From Synechocystis sp. PCC 6803 substr. PCC-P (GTDB lineage Bacteria; Cyanobacteriota; Cyanobacteriia; Cyanobacteriales; Microcystaceae): 32,000 bases of DNA. The notes beneath the pieces are model-generated. The model saw only the letters and a program-made list of their open reading frames with translations. It was not told the DNA's origin and did no database searches. The translations under genes were made by a program, and so were the position numbers. The stretch lies in assembly GCF_000284455.1 (NCBI RefSeq), contig NC_017039.1, positions 960,001 through 992,000 on the forward strand, given 5' to 3'. Shown piece by piece: positions 18,187 to 26,746 of the stretch. Every line of letters starts with the position of its first letter. Position 1 is the first letter of the stretch.

Positions 18187-19122
18187 ATGCGCATTTTAAT
18201 TATGGGAGGAACCCGTTTTATCGGTATCCATCTCTGCCGGGTGCTGGTGGCCCAAGGTCATGAAGTGGTCCTATTCAATCGGGGAAATCGTCCTGACCCC
18301 GTCAATGGCGTGGCCCAAATCCATGGCGATCGCCGGGTCGCTGAACAGTTGCGCGAAAAACTAGAAAAGGAAGAATTTGACGTAATTTTTGACAACAACG
18401 GTCGGGAGTTGAGCGATACCCAGCCCCTGGTGGACTTGTACAATGGCCGAGTACAGCAATTCGTTTACATGAGTTCCGCTGGGGTTTACCAAGCATCATC
18501 CCAAATGCCCCACCGGGAGACCGATGCGGTGGATCCCCAGAGTCGCCACAAAGGCAAATTTGAAACGGAACGCTATCTAGCCCAGAGCGGCATTCCCTGG
18601 ACTGCCATCCGCCCCACCTATATTTACGGTCCCCACAATTACAATGCCCTCGAATCCTGGTTTTTTGACCGTTTAGTGAGGGGTCGAGCCATTCCCATCC
18701 CCGGTAATGGTCAATACATCACCCAACTGGGCCATGTGGAAGATTTGGCGATCGCCATGGCCAAAACCATTGTTACCCCAGCAGCGATCGGGCAGATTTA
18801 TAACATCTCCGGCGATCGATACGTCACCATGAATGGTCTAGCTCAAGCCTGTGCCACCGCGGCGGGTCTTGATCCCCAGGGCGTTAAATTAGTCCACTAT
18901 GACCCCAAGGATTTTGACTTTGGTAAACGCAAAGCTTTTCCCCTGCGTCAACAACACTTTTTTGCCGATATTCAAAAAGCCCAAGACCATTTAGATTGGC
19001 ATCCCAATTATGGTTTAGTAGAAGGCTTAAAAAATAGCTTTCAACTGGATTATCTGCCGTCCGGTAAAGGGGAGGAAAAAGGAGATTTTGACCTAGACGA
19101 GCAAATCCTGGCATTCAGTTAA
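18187..19122 (+). CDS. NAD(P)-dependent epimerase/dehydratase-fold protein, CSP41-like
   Basis: It has the Rossmann motif ILIMGGTRFIG and the length and layout of an extended SDR. From memory it is homologous to the chloroplast RNA-binding protein CSP41 (slr1540). Confidence 0.8.
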   Translation: MRILIMGGTRFIGIHLCRVLVAQGHEVVLFNRGNRPDPVNGVAQIHGDRRVAEQLREKLEKEEFDVIFDNNGRELSDTQPLVDLYNGRVQQFVYMSSAGVYQASSQMPHRETDAVDPQSRHKGKFETERYLAQSGIPWTAIRPTYIYGPHNYNALESWFFDRLVRGRAIPIPGNGQYITQLGHVEDLAIAMAKTIVTPAAIGQIYNISGDRYVTMNGLAQACATAAGLDPQGVKLVHYDPKDFDFGKRKAFPLRQQHFFADIQKAQDHLDWHPNYGLVEGLKNSFQLDYLPSGKGEEKGDFDLDEQILAFS

Positions 19123-19195
19123 TTTAGGGTATTAAATACCAATGTTCACAAAATTTTGAGAAGTTAACTATTAGTGAATACCACGGAGGAACATA

Positions 19196-19828
19196 ATGGC
19201 CACCACTGCCGATGAAGTTTGGGCCCTACTGGGGGAGTTGATTGAATCCCAGAAAGAAACTGATCGCCGTATGCAAGAGACCGATCGCCGTATGAAATTA
19301 ACGGATCTTCAAATGCAGGAGACCGATCGTCGTATGCAAGAGACCGATCGACTTATCAAAGAAAACGGTCGCTTTATCAAAGAACTGGGGAAACAAATTG
19401 GTGGGTTAGGGAAAAAATTTGGTAGTTTTACCGAAGGCTTGGCCTTGCCTTCCATGGAGCGCATTCTGCAGGAGCGTTTTGGCATGGAAGTTATTAGTCC
19501 TAGTGTCAGGGCCAGCAAAGGAGGGCAACACCTAGAAATTGACGTTCTAGCCTATGCCAACAGTGACATTAATACCGCTTACGTGGTGGAAGTAAAAAGC
19601 CATCCCAGGGAAGAGTCCATTACCCAACTAAAAAATTTGCTCCAGAAGTTTCGTACCTTCTTTCCTGAACACAAAGATAAAAAGTTGTATGGCATTCTGG
19701 CGGCGGTGGATTGGTCAGATGACTTAAAGCAACAGGCGTTACGGGAGGGTTTATATGTGGCCAGCATCCACGATGAAGTTTTTGAGTTGGCAGAGACTCC
19801 ACCTGATTTTGAGCCTAAACTCTGGTAA
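19196..19828 (+). CDS. Hypothetical protein with an N-terminal heptad-repeat helix and a C-terminal PD-(D/E)xK-like nuclease core
   Basis: GGAGGA lies 5 nt upstream of the ATG. The N-terminus carries ETDRRMQ-type heptads. The C-terminus has GQHLEIDVLAYANSDINTAYVVEVKS, in which D..(n)..E-V-K fits the restriction-endonuclease-fold motif. Confidence 0.8.
   Translation: MATTADEVWALLGELIESQKETDRRMQETDRRMKLTDLQMQETDRRMQETDRLIKENGRFIKELGKQIGGLGKKFGSFTEGLALPSMERILQERFGMEVISPSVRASKGGQHLEIDVLAYANSDINTAYVVEVKSHPREESITQLKNLLQKFRTFFPEHKDKKLYGILAAVDWSDDLKQQALREGLYVASIHDEVFELAETPPDFEPKLW
19256..19381 (+). repeat. Six tandem 21-bp in-frame repeats, consensus GAGACCGATCGCCGTATGCAA
   Basis: The units occupy 19256-19276, 19277-19297, 19298-19318, 19319-19339, 19340-19360 and 19361-19381. 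Units 1, 2 and 4 are near-identical, while 3, 5 and 6 are progressively diverged. They encode ETDRRMQ, ETDRRMK, LTDLQMQ, ETDRRMQ, ETDRLIK and ENGRFIK. Confidence 0.9.
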
Positions 19829-19939
19829 AGATTTAACGGATCAACCGGTTTTTTTGGGGGTTATTCAAGTAACCCTTAGTAAGCTAATTATTCTCTACTT
19901 GCCCAATTTATTTAGATTATTTGAACTCACTAAATTTCT

Positions 19940-20425
19940 ATGACTGCTCTACGCATCGGCAACGGCTACGATATCCACCGCCTCGTAGGCGATCGCCCCT
20001 TGATTTTGGGGGGAGTTACCATTGCCCACCATTTAGGACTGGATGGCCACAGCGATGCCGACGTGCTGACCCACGCTTTAATGGATGCTCTCCTAGGGGC
20101 ATTGAGTTTGGGGGACATTGGCCACTACTTCCCTCCCAGCGATGCCCGGTGGCAGGGGGCCGATAGCCTCAAACTTTTGGCTCAGGTGCATCAATTAATC
20201 CTTGAACGGGGTTGGCGAATCAATAATCTGGATAATGTGATTGTGGCAGAACAACCCAAACTTAAACCCCACATCCAGGCCATGAAGGAAAATTTAGCCA
20301 AAGTTTTGACTATTGATCCAGATTTAATTGGCATTAAAGCTACCACCAACGAGCGTTTGGGCCCCACGGGAAGGGAGGAAGGCATTGCCGCCTACAGCGT
20401 GGCTTTGTTAATCAAAGAAGGGTAA
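19940..20425 (+). CDS. ispF: 2-C-methyl-D-erythritol 2,4-cyclodiphosphate synthase
   Basis: 161 aa. Motifs are [21 protein letters not shown] and [16 protein letters not shown]. Confidence 0.95.
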   Translation: MTALRIGNGYDIHRLVGDRPLILGGVTIAHHLGLDGHSDADVLTHALMDALLGALSLGDIGHYFPPSDARWQGADSLKLLAQVHQLILERGWRINNLDNVIVAEQPKLKPHIQAMKENLAKVLTIDPDLIGIKATTNERLGPTGREEGIAAYSVALLIKEG

Positions 20426-20581
20426 ACACCGGACCATGGGATAGAAGATTCTTGTCCTATCCATGCCACTGGTAAAGGTTGTTACGGTTTGCCTGTTGCA
20501 AAATGTGAGAAGAGCAGTCTAATCTGCCCTGTGAATTTTGACCGCATTTTTGCTTGGCCGCTGACCAGTTTAGAAGTCTTT

Positions 20582-21949
20582 ATGAATCTTGCCCTGCCTA
20601 GCCAGTATCAATTCTTACCCCGTTTTTTTCGCCTAGCCACCATTGCTGTCCTTTCCAATATGATGGTGCCCTTAGCTGGGTTAGTGGACACCGCTTTTTT
20701 GGGCCATCTAGAAGACATTGATTATTTAGCAGGGGTGATCCTCGGCTCGATTTTGTTTGATTACCTCTACCGGGTCCTAAAATTTTTACGCACCAGCACC
20801 ACCGCTCTCACGGCCCAAGCTGTGGGGGAAGAAGACCAGGCGGAGGTATGGGTGGCGGGACTAAGAAGTGCCTTGGTAGCCCTATTGTTGGGTTTGGGCA
20901 TTTTAGCCTTGCAATATCCCTTGCAAAAATTCGGTTTTGCCCTGTTAACTGGGGCTCCAGGGGTGGAGCAGTCGGGTATGGACTATTTTTACGGCCGGAT
21001 TTGGGGGGCTCCGGCGGTGCTGCTCAATTTTGTCATCTTGGGCTGGCTATTGGGACAAGAACGCAATGGTTTAGTTTTGCTCATTTCCCTGGTGGCTAAT
21101 TTTTCCAACGTTGGTCTGGACTATTTGATGATTAACCGTTGGGGGTGGGCTAGTGCGGGGGCCGGTTGGGCCACTGCCAGTAGTCAGTATTTAGCTCTGG
21201 CCCTAGGTTTGATCTCCATTGTGGTTCTAGCCCAAGGGGAAAAAGAGAAGGGAGAGTTTAAAGCGGCGATCGCCAAATTATCGGACTGGGGAGCGTTGCG
21301 GGCCACCATTGCTCTGAAAGGGAACATCTTGATCCGTTTTGTGATTTTAATCACCACCTATTCTTTGTTTACTAATATCAGTTCCAGCTTTGGCACGGAA
21401 GTCTTGGCCCAAAACGGTCTGCTGTTACAAATTGCCCTGCTTAGCCAATTCACCATCCAAGGGGTGGGCATGACCAGCCAAACCCTGACTGGTAATTTCA
21501 AGAGTAAAGGGGAATATCAATTGTTATTGCCGGTTTTACTCACCGCCATCGTCACCACCCTATTAATGGCCCTGGGCTTTGCCGCTGTGGCGATCGCCTT
21601 CCCCGAAACCCTATTCGGACTGTTAACCAACCATGCAGAAATCAACGACAGCGTCCGTCAATACACCATCTGGCTGATTCCCCTGTTGGAGAGCACCGCC
21701 CTGGCCTTTATGCTGGAAGCCTATTTCATCGGGCTTAAAGCGTCCCAACCCCTTAGGAACGGAGTGCTGTTTGCCTTCTTCGGGATCTATTTACCCTGCC
21801 TTGGGCTAGCCATCTGGCAACAGAGCAATAATCTGCTGTGGTTCTCCCTGGTCTCCTACATGTTGGGCCTAGTGGTTTATCTGGGCTGGCAATTACTTAC
21901 CCGATTTTCACCGCAAACTCTAGCTCTGGAAAGCAAACAACCTAGCTAG
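20582..21949 (+). CDS. dinF: MATE-family efflux transporter, DinF-like
   Basis: About 12 hydrophobic segments are present. The N-terminus is MATE-like (LAGLVDTAFLGHL). I prefer ATG 20582 (MNLALPSQYQFL) over the upstream alternative start. Its TAG stop overlaps the convergent crtR stop within CTAG at 21946-21949. Confidence 0.85.
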   Translation: MNLALPSQYQFLPRFFRLATIAVLSNMMVPLAGLVDTAFLGHLEDIDYLAGVILGSILFDYLYRVLKFLRTSTTALTAQAVGEEDQAEVWVAGLRSALVALLLGLGILALQYPLQKFGFALLTGAPGVEQSGMDYFYGRIWGAPAVLLNFVILGWLLGQERNGLVLLISLVANFSNVGLDYLMINRWGWASAGAGWATASSQYLALALGLISIVVLAQGEKEKGEFKAAIAKLSDWGALRATIALKGNILIRFVILITTYSLFTNISSSFGTEVLAQNGLLLQIALLSQFTIQGVGMTSQTLTGNFKSKGEYQLLLPVLLTAIVTTLLMALGFAAVAIAFPETLFGLLTNHAEINDSVRQYTIWLIPLLESTALAFMLEAYFIGLKASQPLRNGVLFAFFGIYLPCLGLAIWQQSNNLLWFSLVSYMLGLVVYLGWQLLTRFSPQTLALESKQPS

Positions 21950-22860
21950 GGCTTGTCAGATGATTGAGAATTATTATGGCCGTGAAAACGAATACCAAGG
22001 AAAACATCATAGAGGAAGCTCCAGAAATTTTTCCCTTCCAGTAATCCCAGGGATTGATCACAACCCTTCTCATCCAAAATGGGCTTGGTGATGTGATAGG
22101 TGTTTTGGTACTGATACCAAGGAATAGAAGGCCAAAGGTGGTGGATCAGGTGGTAATTTTGCCCGAAAATGAGCCAATTTAAAATGGGGCTGGGATAAAC
22201 CCTGGCATTTTTCCAACGGTTGCGTTCTTGGAAAGGTCGATGGGGCAGGTAATCAAAAAACAGTCCCAGGGCAATGCCAACAATTAAAGCAGGCACAAAC
22301 CAGTAATTCATCACAAAGCCGATAAAGCCGTAATGAATGCCGAGAAAAACGATCGTGAACAACACAAGCCGACTTAAGAACCACTCTAGTAGCTCATATT
22401 TGCGCCATAACCGCCGTTTAAAGAAAAAGATCTCATGGTAGAAGAACCGGGCGGCAATGAGGAAGAGGGGACCGCCGGTGGAAACAAAATGGTCTGGGTC
22501 ATTTTCAGGGTCATTGACGTTGGCGTGGTGTTGGAGATGAACCCGGGTAAAGACGGGAAAAGCAAAGCCCAACATTAAGGCACTACCGTGGCCAAGCACT
22601 GCATTAATAATGGTGTTCCGATGGGCCGCATTGTGGGATGCATCATGGATCACTGTGCCTGACAGGTGCAGCGCCAGCACCGAACAACTAAAACAAAGCC
22701 AGTGGGGCAGCCCCCATTGCCAGTAGCCAAAAACGTTAGCGAGCATTAAGAGAATAGCTATCCCGAACATGGCCACGTTGGGATTGAAGCCGCCGTCCGC
22801 CTGTAAAAACTCTTTTGGGACAGCTTGGGAAACGGTTTGCAGCGGTTGGGTCGCCTGCAT
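21946..22860 (-). CDS. crtR: Beta-carotene hydroxylase, desaturase-like di-iron type
   Basis: Three histidine boxes are present: HDASHNAAH, HLQHH and HLIHH. It also has a membrane-spanning segment pattern. The start is uncertain. The ORF is open to 22941, and I chose ATG 22860 (MQATQPLQTV). Confidence 0.88.
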   Translation of the reverse strand: MQATQPLQTVSQAVPKEFLQADGGFNPNVAMFGIAILLMLANVFGYWQWGLPHWLCFSCSVLALHLSGTVIHDASHNAAHRNTIINAVLGHGSALMLGFAFPVFTRVHLQHHANVNDPENDPDHFVSTGGPLFLIAARFFYHEIFFFKRRLWRKYELLEWFLSRLVLFTIVFLGIHYGFIGFVMNYWFVPALIVGIALGLFFDYLPHRPFQERNRWKNARVYPSPILNWLIFGQNYHLIHHLWPSIPWYQYQNTYHITKPILDEKGCDQSLGLLEGKNFWSFLYDVFLGIRFHGHNNSQSSDKP

Positions 22861-23156
22861 TACTATGACGGACTCCTGGCACACGAAATGGGACGCACTT
22901 CTGGTCAGTTTATAGCAAAAATGCTGGGGAAAGGAAGACAACTAGGGAAAAAGAACAGGACATCAAATGGTCATTCCCCAGACCCTGGCGTCTTTGCCAG
23001 AGTAATCTCCCTGGCGCGGATGTTACACAAATGTAACGAAAAATATTTTCCCTCTCAGAATTTAGGCAAAGTGCCCAAACCCATCCTAGGCAAGCAATTC
23101 GTCCACCAACAAAAAGCTCTTTTGGTCAACAGACTTGACAAAAATCTTAACAATAC

Positions 23157-23184
23157 GTTACATTTATTTACATAAGGTTACAAA
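23157..23184 (+). promoter_or_regulatory. HLR1-type element (RpaB-binding direct repeats) upstream of hliB
   Basis: Three 8-nt units are separated by 2-nt spacers, giving a 10-bp period: GTTACATT (23157-64), TTTACATA (23167-74) and GTTACAAA (23177-84). They match the published HLR1 consensus (G/T)TTACA(T/A)(T/A). The element lies 39 nt upstream of the hliB ATG. Confidence 0.7.
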
Positions 23185-23222
23185 ATAAAAACCTCAAATA
23201 CCCAATCAAGGAGATCAACACT

Positions 23223-23435
23223 ATGACTAGCCGCGGATTTCGCCTCGACCAAGACAACCGTCTCAACAACTTCGCCATTGAACCCCCTGTGTACGTTGAC
23301 AGCAGTGTTCAAGCCGGTTGGACTGAATACGCCGAAAAAATGAATGGTCGTTTTGCCATGATTGGCTTTGTTTCTCTCTTGGCAATGGAAGTAATTACTG
23401 GCCACGGCATTGTGGGTTGGTTGCTCTCTCTCTAA
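23223..23435 (+). CDS. hliB: High-light-inducible protein (one-helix CAB-like protein)
   Basis: 70 aa. The chlorophyll-binding motif [13 protein letters not shown] lies in a single TM helix. AAGGAG is upstream. Assignment to hliB rests on the lilA gene downstream. Confidence 0.88.
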
Positions 23436-23543
23436 TTGGCTGGGTGCATAACCAAGCAATCTACTGAACCAGGGCCTAGCTCCATGAACTACCAAAGGAC
23501 TGCCCTTGGCACCGTGAAAATCGAACAAATAAGAGGTAAAACT

Positions 23544-23795
23544 ATGAACGCCGACACTGATATTTATCAAAACAAAGATCTATTTGCCCCCGTTGTCTTC
23601 CGCAAAGACTTCAACCAATTTGCCCCCATCAACGGGAACCAAGCCTGGTCTTTATTTTTCACCGCCGGGCAAGAAGATAAGCAACTGGGCAACAGCCCTG
23701 AATTCGGTCGCTTTTTCACCAATACTCTCTTCGCCATTGGGGCTGCCACTTTCATCTGGGGTTACTTCTTCAGCCGTTGGGCTGACTTTCTCTAA
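23544..23795 (+). CDS. lilA: Small membrane protein co-transcribed with hliB (LilA/slr1544-like)
   Basis: 83 aa from ATG 23544, preceded by AAGAGG. A C-terminal TM helix reads FTNTLFAIGAATFIWGYFF. The identification is from memory of the ssr2595-slr1544 operon. Confidence 0.65.
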   Translation: MNADTDIYQNKDLFAPVVFRKDFNQFAPINGNQAWSLFFTAGQEDKQLGNSPEFGRFFTNTLFAIGAATFIWGYFFSRWADFL

Positions 23796-23853
23796 AGCCT
23801 TGGTTTACCGTAAGCAGAGCCAAGCCACGGTACCACTTGCCATAGCACCACTG

Positions 23854-23883
23854 ACACCCTTGGTACCGGGTGTTATTTTTTTT
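23854..23883 (+). terminator. Rho-independent terminator of hliB-lilA
   Basis: Stem ACACCC (23854-59) pairs with GGGTGT (23868-73). It is followed by the T-rich run TATTTTTTTT. Confidence 0.7.
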
Positions 23884-24058
23884 GCAATATGATCATGTTC
23901 TGTCGAAGTTTTGTCGAAATTTAGGGATAAAAAACGGGGAAAGTGGAGAGAAAAGTCGTTGTGCCTAGGCAAAAGTTTTAATTTTTTTAGCAAACACCTG
24001 TGATTCTAGAAACTCTTACGGTATCCTTACGTCAACTAGCCTATGTGAGGAGTCAGCC

Positions 24059-24730
24059 GTGTTGGGTAAATCCATGAATCAAGCCGTCAATACCAACTGG
24101 GCGATCGAGAGTGGCGGAGGCAAACTAAGTGCCCTGCCCCCGGAGTCGTTAACCAATGTTGACCTGATTTTGCTCTGTCAGCAAAAGACCCGTCCCGATA
24201 GTACCGCTTTTAATGAGTTGCTCCGGCGTTACCAGTCCCATGTGGATAAAATTCTTTATCACTTGGCCCCCGACTGGCAGGACCGGGCGGACTTGGCCCA
24301 GGAGGTTTGGATTCGGGTTTACCGTAACATCCATCGCTTAAACGAACCGGTCAAATTTAAGGGTTGGCTCAGCCGCATTGCCACTAACCTCTTCTACGAC
24401 GAGTTACGCAAGCGCAAACGGGTTAGTCATCCCATTTCCCTTGACGCTCCCCGGCGCATGGATGACGGCGAAATTGACTGGGACATTGAATCTGATTACC
24501 CCAGTCCCGATGAAACTTTATCCACTGCTGAATTTTATGAATGTTTGCGTTCGGCCATTAAGGACCTACCTGAAGCTTTCCGCACCACCATTATCCTGCG
24601 GGAAATTGACGGTTTAGCCTACGAAGAAATTGCCGAAATCACCGGGGTTTCCCTCGGGACGGTTAAATCTCGCATTGCCCGGGCCCGGGCGAAGTTGCAA
24701 ACTTTTTTACAGCCCTATTTGGCTTCCTAA
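24059..24730 (+). CDS. sigG: ECF (group 4) sigma factor
   Basis: Region 2 is DLAQEVWIRVYRN and region 4 HTH is YEEIAEITGVSLGTVKSRIARARAKL. GAGGAG lies 6 nt upstream of GTG 24059. ATG 24074 is an alternative start. Confidence 0.9.
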   Translation: MLGKSMNQAVNTNWAIESGGGKLSALPPESLTNVDLILLCQQKTRPDSTAFNELLRRYQSHVDKILYHLAPDWQDRADLAQEVWIRVYRNIHRLNEPVKFKGWLSRIATNLFYDELRKRKRVSHPISLDAPRRMDDGEIDWDIESDYPSPDETLSTAEFYECLRSAIKDLPEAFRTTIILREIDGLAYEEIAEITGVSLGTVKSRIARARAKLQTFLQPYLAS

Positions 24731-24912
24731 GCCCACCCTAAACATTGAATCCTAGCTTCCGCCACCAGCAATGGTTTTTATTATTGGTGTTAGTCCCATC
24801 ACCCTTGGTCTAGGGAGTGTCCAACTTTGTGAGGAGTGAATCGGCCAGAGTTAATAACAAACAGCTAATTCACTATTACTTGTCGGTGGAGATTCCCCCG
24901 AAGAGGTTTACT

Positions 24913-25455
24913 ATGAATTCAAAATTTGACTTTGATTGTCCACGGCAGCCTTGGGATGGAGCTGAACCTGGAAATGAGGATTTATTGTTTGATGAAAAAT
25001 TTGAGCTGTTGAGTGCTTACATTGACGGGGAGGTTACCCCCCAAGAGAAGAAACAGGTACAAGGCTGGATTGATAGCGACCCAGAGTTTAAGCAGACCTA
25101 TCTGGGGTTGATTCGTTTGCAAAACGCTTTGCCCCAAGTGCCAGTGCCGCCGGCTATTGACGCCGATGTGTTGGCCCAGAGGGTATTTGCCAAACTAGAG
25201 CAGGAAAATCGTTGGCGTGGTATTTGGTTCTGGGGTAGTGTGACTGCCGCCGCTGTGGTGGTGGCCGCCTACTCTAGTATTCTGGGTAAACCCTTGGTTC
25301 CTTCTCTGAATCAGGCTAATTTGGACCCGGCGATCGTAGCCATGGATGAAGATCCTTTGATGGTTGCCATCCACGAGCCGATGTTTGAAGTGTTAACCAA
25401 AGTGGACCCTGGCCATGGGCCCGAAAATGAGGGAGCGGAACAAGGGCTGCATTAA
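24913..25455 (+). CDS. sapG: Membrane-anchored anti-sigma factor
   Basis: It lies directly downstream of the ECF sigma gene. The N-terminal anti-sigma-like helix is FELLSAYIDGEVTPQEKKQVQGWIDSDPEFKQTY. A single TM segment reads GIWFWGSVTAAAVVVAAYSSIL. I chose ATG 24913, and the track ORF extends 32 codons further upstream. Confidence 0.75.
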   Translation: MNSKFDFDCPRQPWDGAEPGNEDLLFDEKFELLSAYIDGEVTPQEKKQVQGWIDSDPEFKQTYLGLIRLQNALPQVPVPPAIDADVLAQRVFAKLEQENRWRGIWFWGSVTAAAVVVAAYSSILGKPLVPSLNQANLDPAIVAMDEDPLMVAIHEPMFEVLTKVDPGHGPENEGAEQGLH

Positions 25456-25478
25456 TTTGATTGTTGCTTTGCCCCTGG

Positions 25479-26477
25479 ATGATTAATTTGGTTGAATTTA
25501 ATCTGTTTTTAGATTTACTTGGTAGTGCCCTGTTGCTATCTCTGCCGTGGCTCCTGTTGGGAATTATCATTTCTAGTACTTTCCTAATTTGGACCGATGA
25601 GCAGAAATGGGTGGCTAATTTCCCCCGCAATCGTTTGCTCAGTAGTTTGGTGGGAAGCGCCCTCGGTTTTCTGCTGCCTCTGGGGGCTTTTGGTAGTGTG
25701 CCCTTAGTGAGGCGTTTACTTTTACAGGGAGCTCCCATTCCTTTGGCTGTTAGTTTTTTAGTGGCAGCACCCACCTTGAATATTTTTGCCATTGTCAGGG
25801 TCTTATCTTCCCGTCAATCTCAGTACGGTCTAATTTTTCTTTGTATTTCTTGCAGTTGGTTGATGGCGATCGTGATGGGGTTAGTTTTTAGTACCTATCG
25901 ACTGGCCCGTCAACAGGCAGAGGACGAGGGGGAAACGGCCCTGTTAAACATTCCCCTATTACGGTCAGGGGCTTTGATTATACTCCAATCTTCGATGGAG
26001 GCGTCCCCAAGGCAGGGAGGGTTGGTTTTTGCCAGTGGAGTTAATCCTGTGGCAGATTTTTCCTGGCGGCAAAAGTTACATCTTTTTGGTCGTAACATCA
26101 TTGAGGAATTTCAGGAATTTGGTGGGGTGCTAGTCATCGGGACGGCGATCGCCTGTGGCATTGTCTTTTTCCTTCCCCAGGCGTGGTTACTACAATGGGC
26201 TGGATTGGGGCCGGTACGGCAAACTGTACTAATGATGGGTTGGTCGTTCATTTTACCCCTGGGAAATTTTAGTAACCCAGATTTATTGGCACCCCTGGGG
26301 GAACAACTCTGGCGAGGGTCCATGGTTGCTTTTTTATTATGGGGAAGTTTGTTTAATTTACAGACCATTGGACTCTGGTTAGTAACCCTGAGACTGCGGC
26401 CCTTGAGCTACTTAGTGGTGTTAGTGGGCTTATCAGTCTTTCTTTTTGCCATGGTGACTAATTACTACTTAAGTTAG
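25479..26477 (+). CDS. Polytopic membrane permease (COG0701/ArsP-like predicted permease)
   Basis: It contains multiple hydrophobic helices, including GFLLPLGAFGSVPLVRRLLLQGAP, typical of this permease family. The start is ATG 25479, or TTG 25461. Confidence 0.7.
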   Translation: MINLVEFNLFLDLLGSALLLSLPWLLLGIIISSTFLIWTDEQKWVANFPRNRLLSSLVGSALGFLLPLGAFGSVPLVRRLLLQGAPIPLAVSFLVAAPTLNIFAIVRVLSSRQSQYGLIFLCISCSWLMAIVMGLVFSTYRLARQQAEDEGETALLNIPLLRSGALIILQSSMEASPRQGGLVFASGVNPVADFSWRQKLHLFGRNIIEEFQEFGGVLVIGTAIACGIVFFLPQAWLLQWAGLGPVRQTVLMMGWSFILPLGNFSNPDLLAPLGEQLWRGSMVAFLLWGSLFNLQTIGLWLVTLRLRPLSYLVVLVGLSVFLFAMVTNYYLS

Positions 26478-26551
26478 GCTCCATTATGGAAAAAATTTGT
26501 CCCCTGGTGGTGCTTAATTGGGGCGATCGCCGTGATATTATTACAGGTAAC

Positions 26552-26632
26552 GCGGATGTGGCGGAATTGGTATACGCGCACGTTTGAGGGGCGTGTGGCT
26601 TTGCCTTGCGAGTTCGAGTCTCGCCATCCGCA
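26552..26632 (+). tRNA. trnL: tRNA-Leu(GAG), type II with a long variable arm; CCA is not encoded
   Basis: I folded it by hand. The acceptor stem is GCGGATG/CATCCGC with discriminator A. The D arm is GCG-GAATTGGTATA-CGC. The anticodon stem is CACGT/GCGTG with loop TTGAGGG, giving anticodon GAG and G37. The variable arm is 12 nt and the T arm is GCGAG-TTCGAGT-CTCGC. Confidence 0.88.
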
Positions 26633-26664
26633 TTTTTGCCAATAACTAGAGTGCAACAGAAATG

Positions 26665-26697
26665 ACCCCGCCTTTTCGCAAAATTGGCGGGGTTTTT
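26665..26697 (+). terminator. Rho-independent terminator downstream of tRNA-Leu
   Basis: A perfect 8-bp stem pairs ACCCCGCC (26665-72) with GGCGGGGT (26686-93). A T5 run ends at 26697. Confidence 0.75.
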
Positions 26698-26746
26698 CGC
26701 AGAACTATTCAGTTCACAAACAAAAACAACACAATTTCCCCGCTCG

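Noticed and set aside
20437-20470. Hairpin CATGGGATAG...CTATCCATG downstream of ispF as a terminator
   Set aside because: The stem is bulged and no T-tract follows. It may be an RNA structure, but it cannot be called a terminator from sequence alone.
21598-26144. 4.5-kb HIP1-free block covering crtR, hliB, lilA, sigG and sapG, considered as a possible foreign segment
   Set aside because: The genes are core cyanobacterial stress genes. Three 7/8 near-HIP1 sites occur inside the block (about 24101, 25330 and 25866). With about 1 site per kb, one or two gaps of 4 kb or more in a 32-kb window are not statistically remarkable. I keep it only as a caveat for the HIP1 argument at 6-9 kb.
26474-26656. 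60-aa minus-strand ORF
   Set aside because: It overlaps the well-folded plus-strand tRNA-Leu(GAG) and is almost certainly an artefact.
26552-26746. tRNA-Leu as an integration hotspot for a genomic island
   Set aside because: There is no integrase, no duplicated tRNA 3' end and no accessory genes nearby. The flanking genes (the permease, the GT4 gene and tatA) look like core genes.
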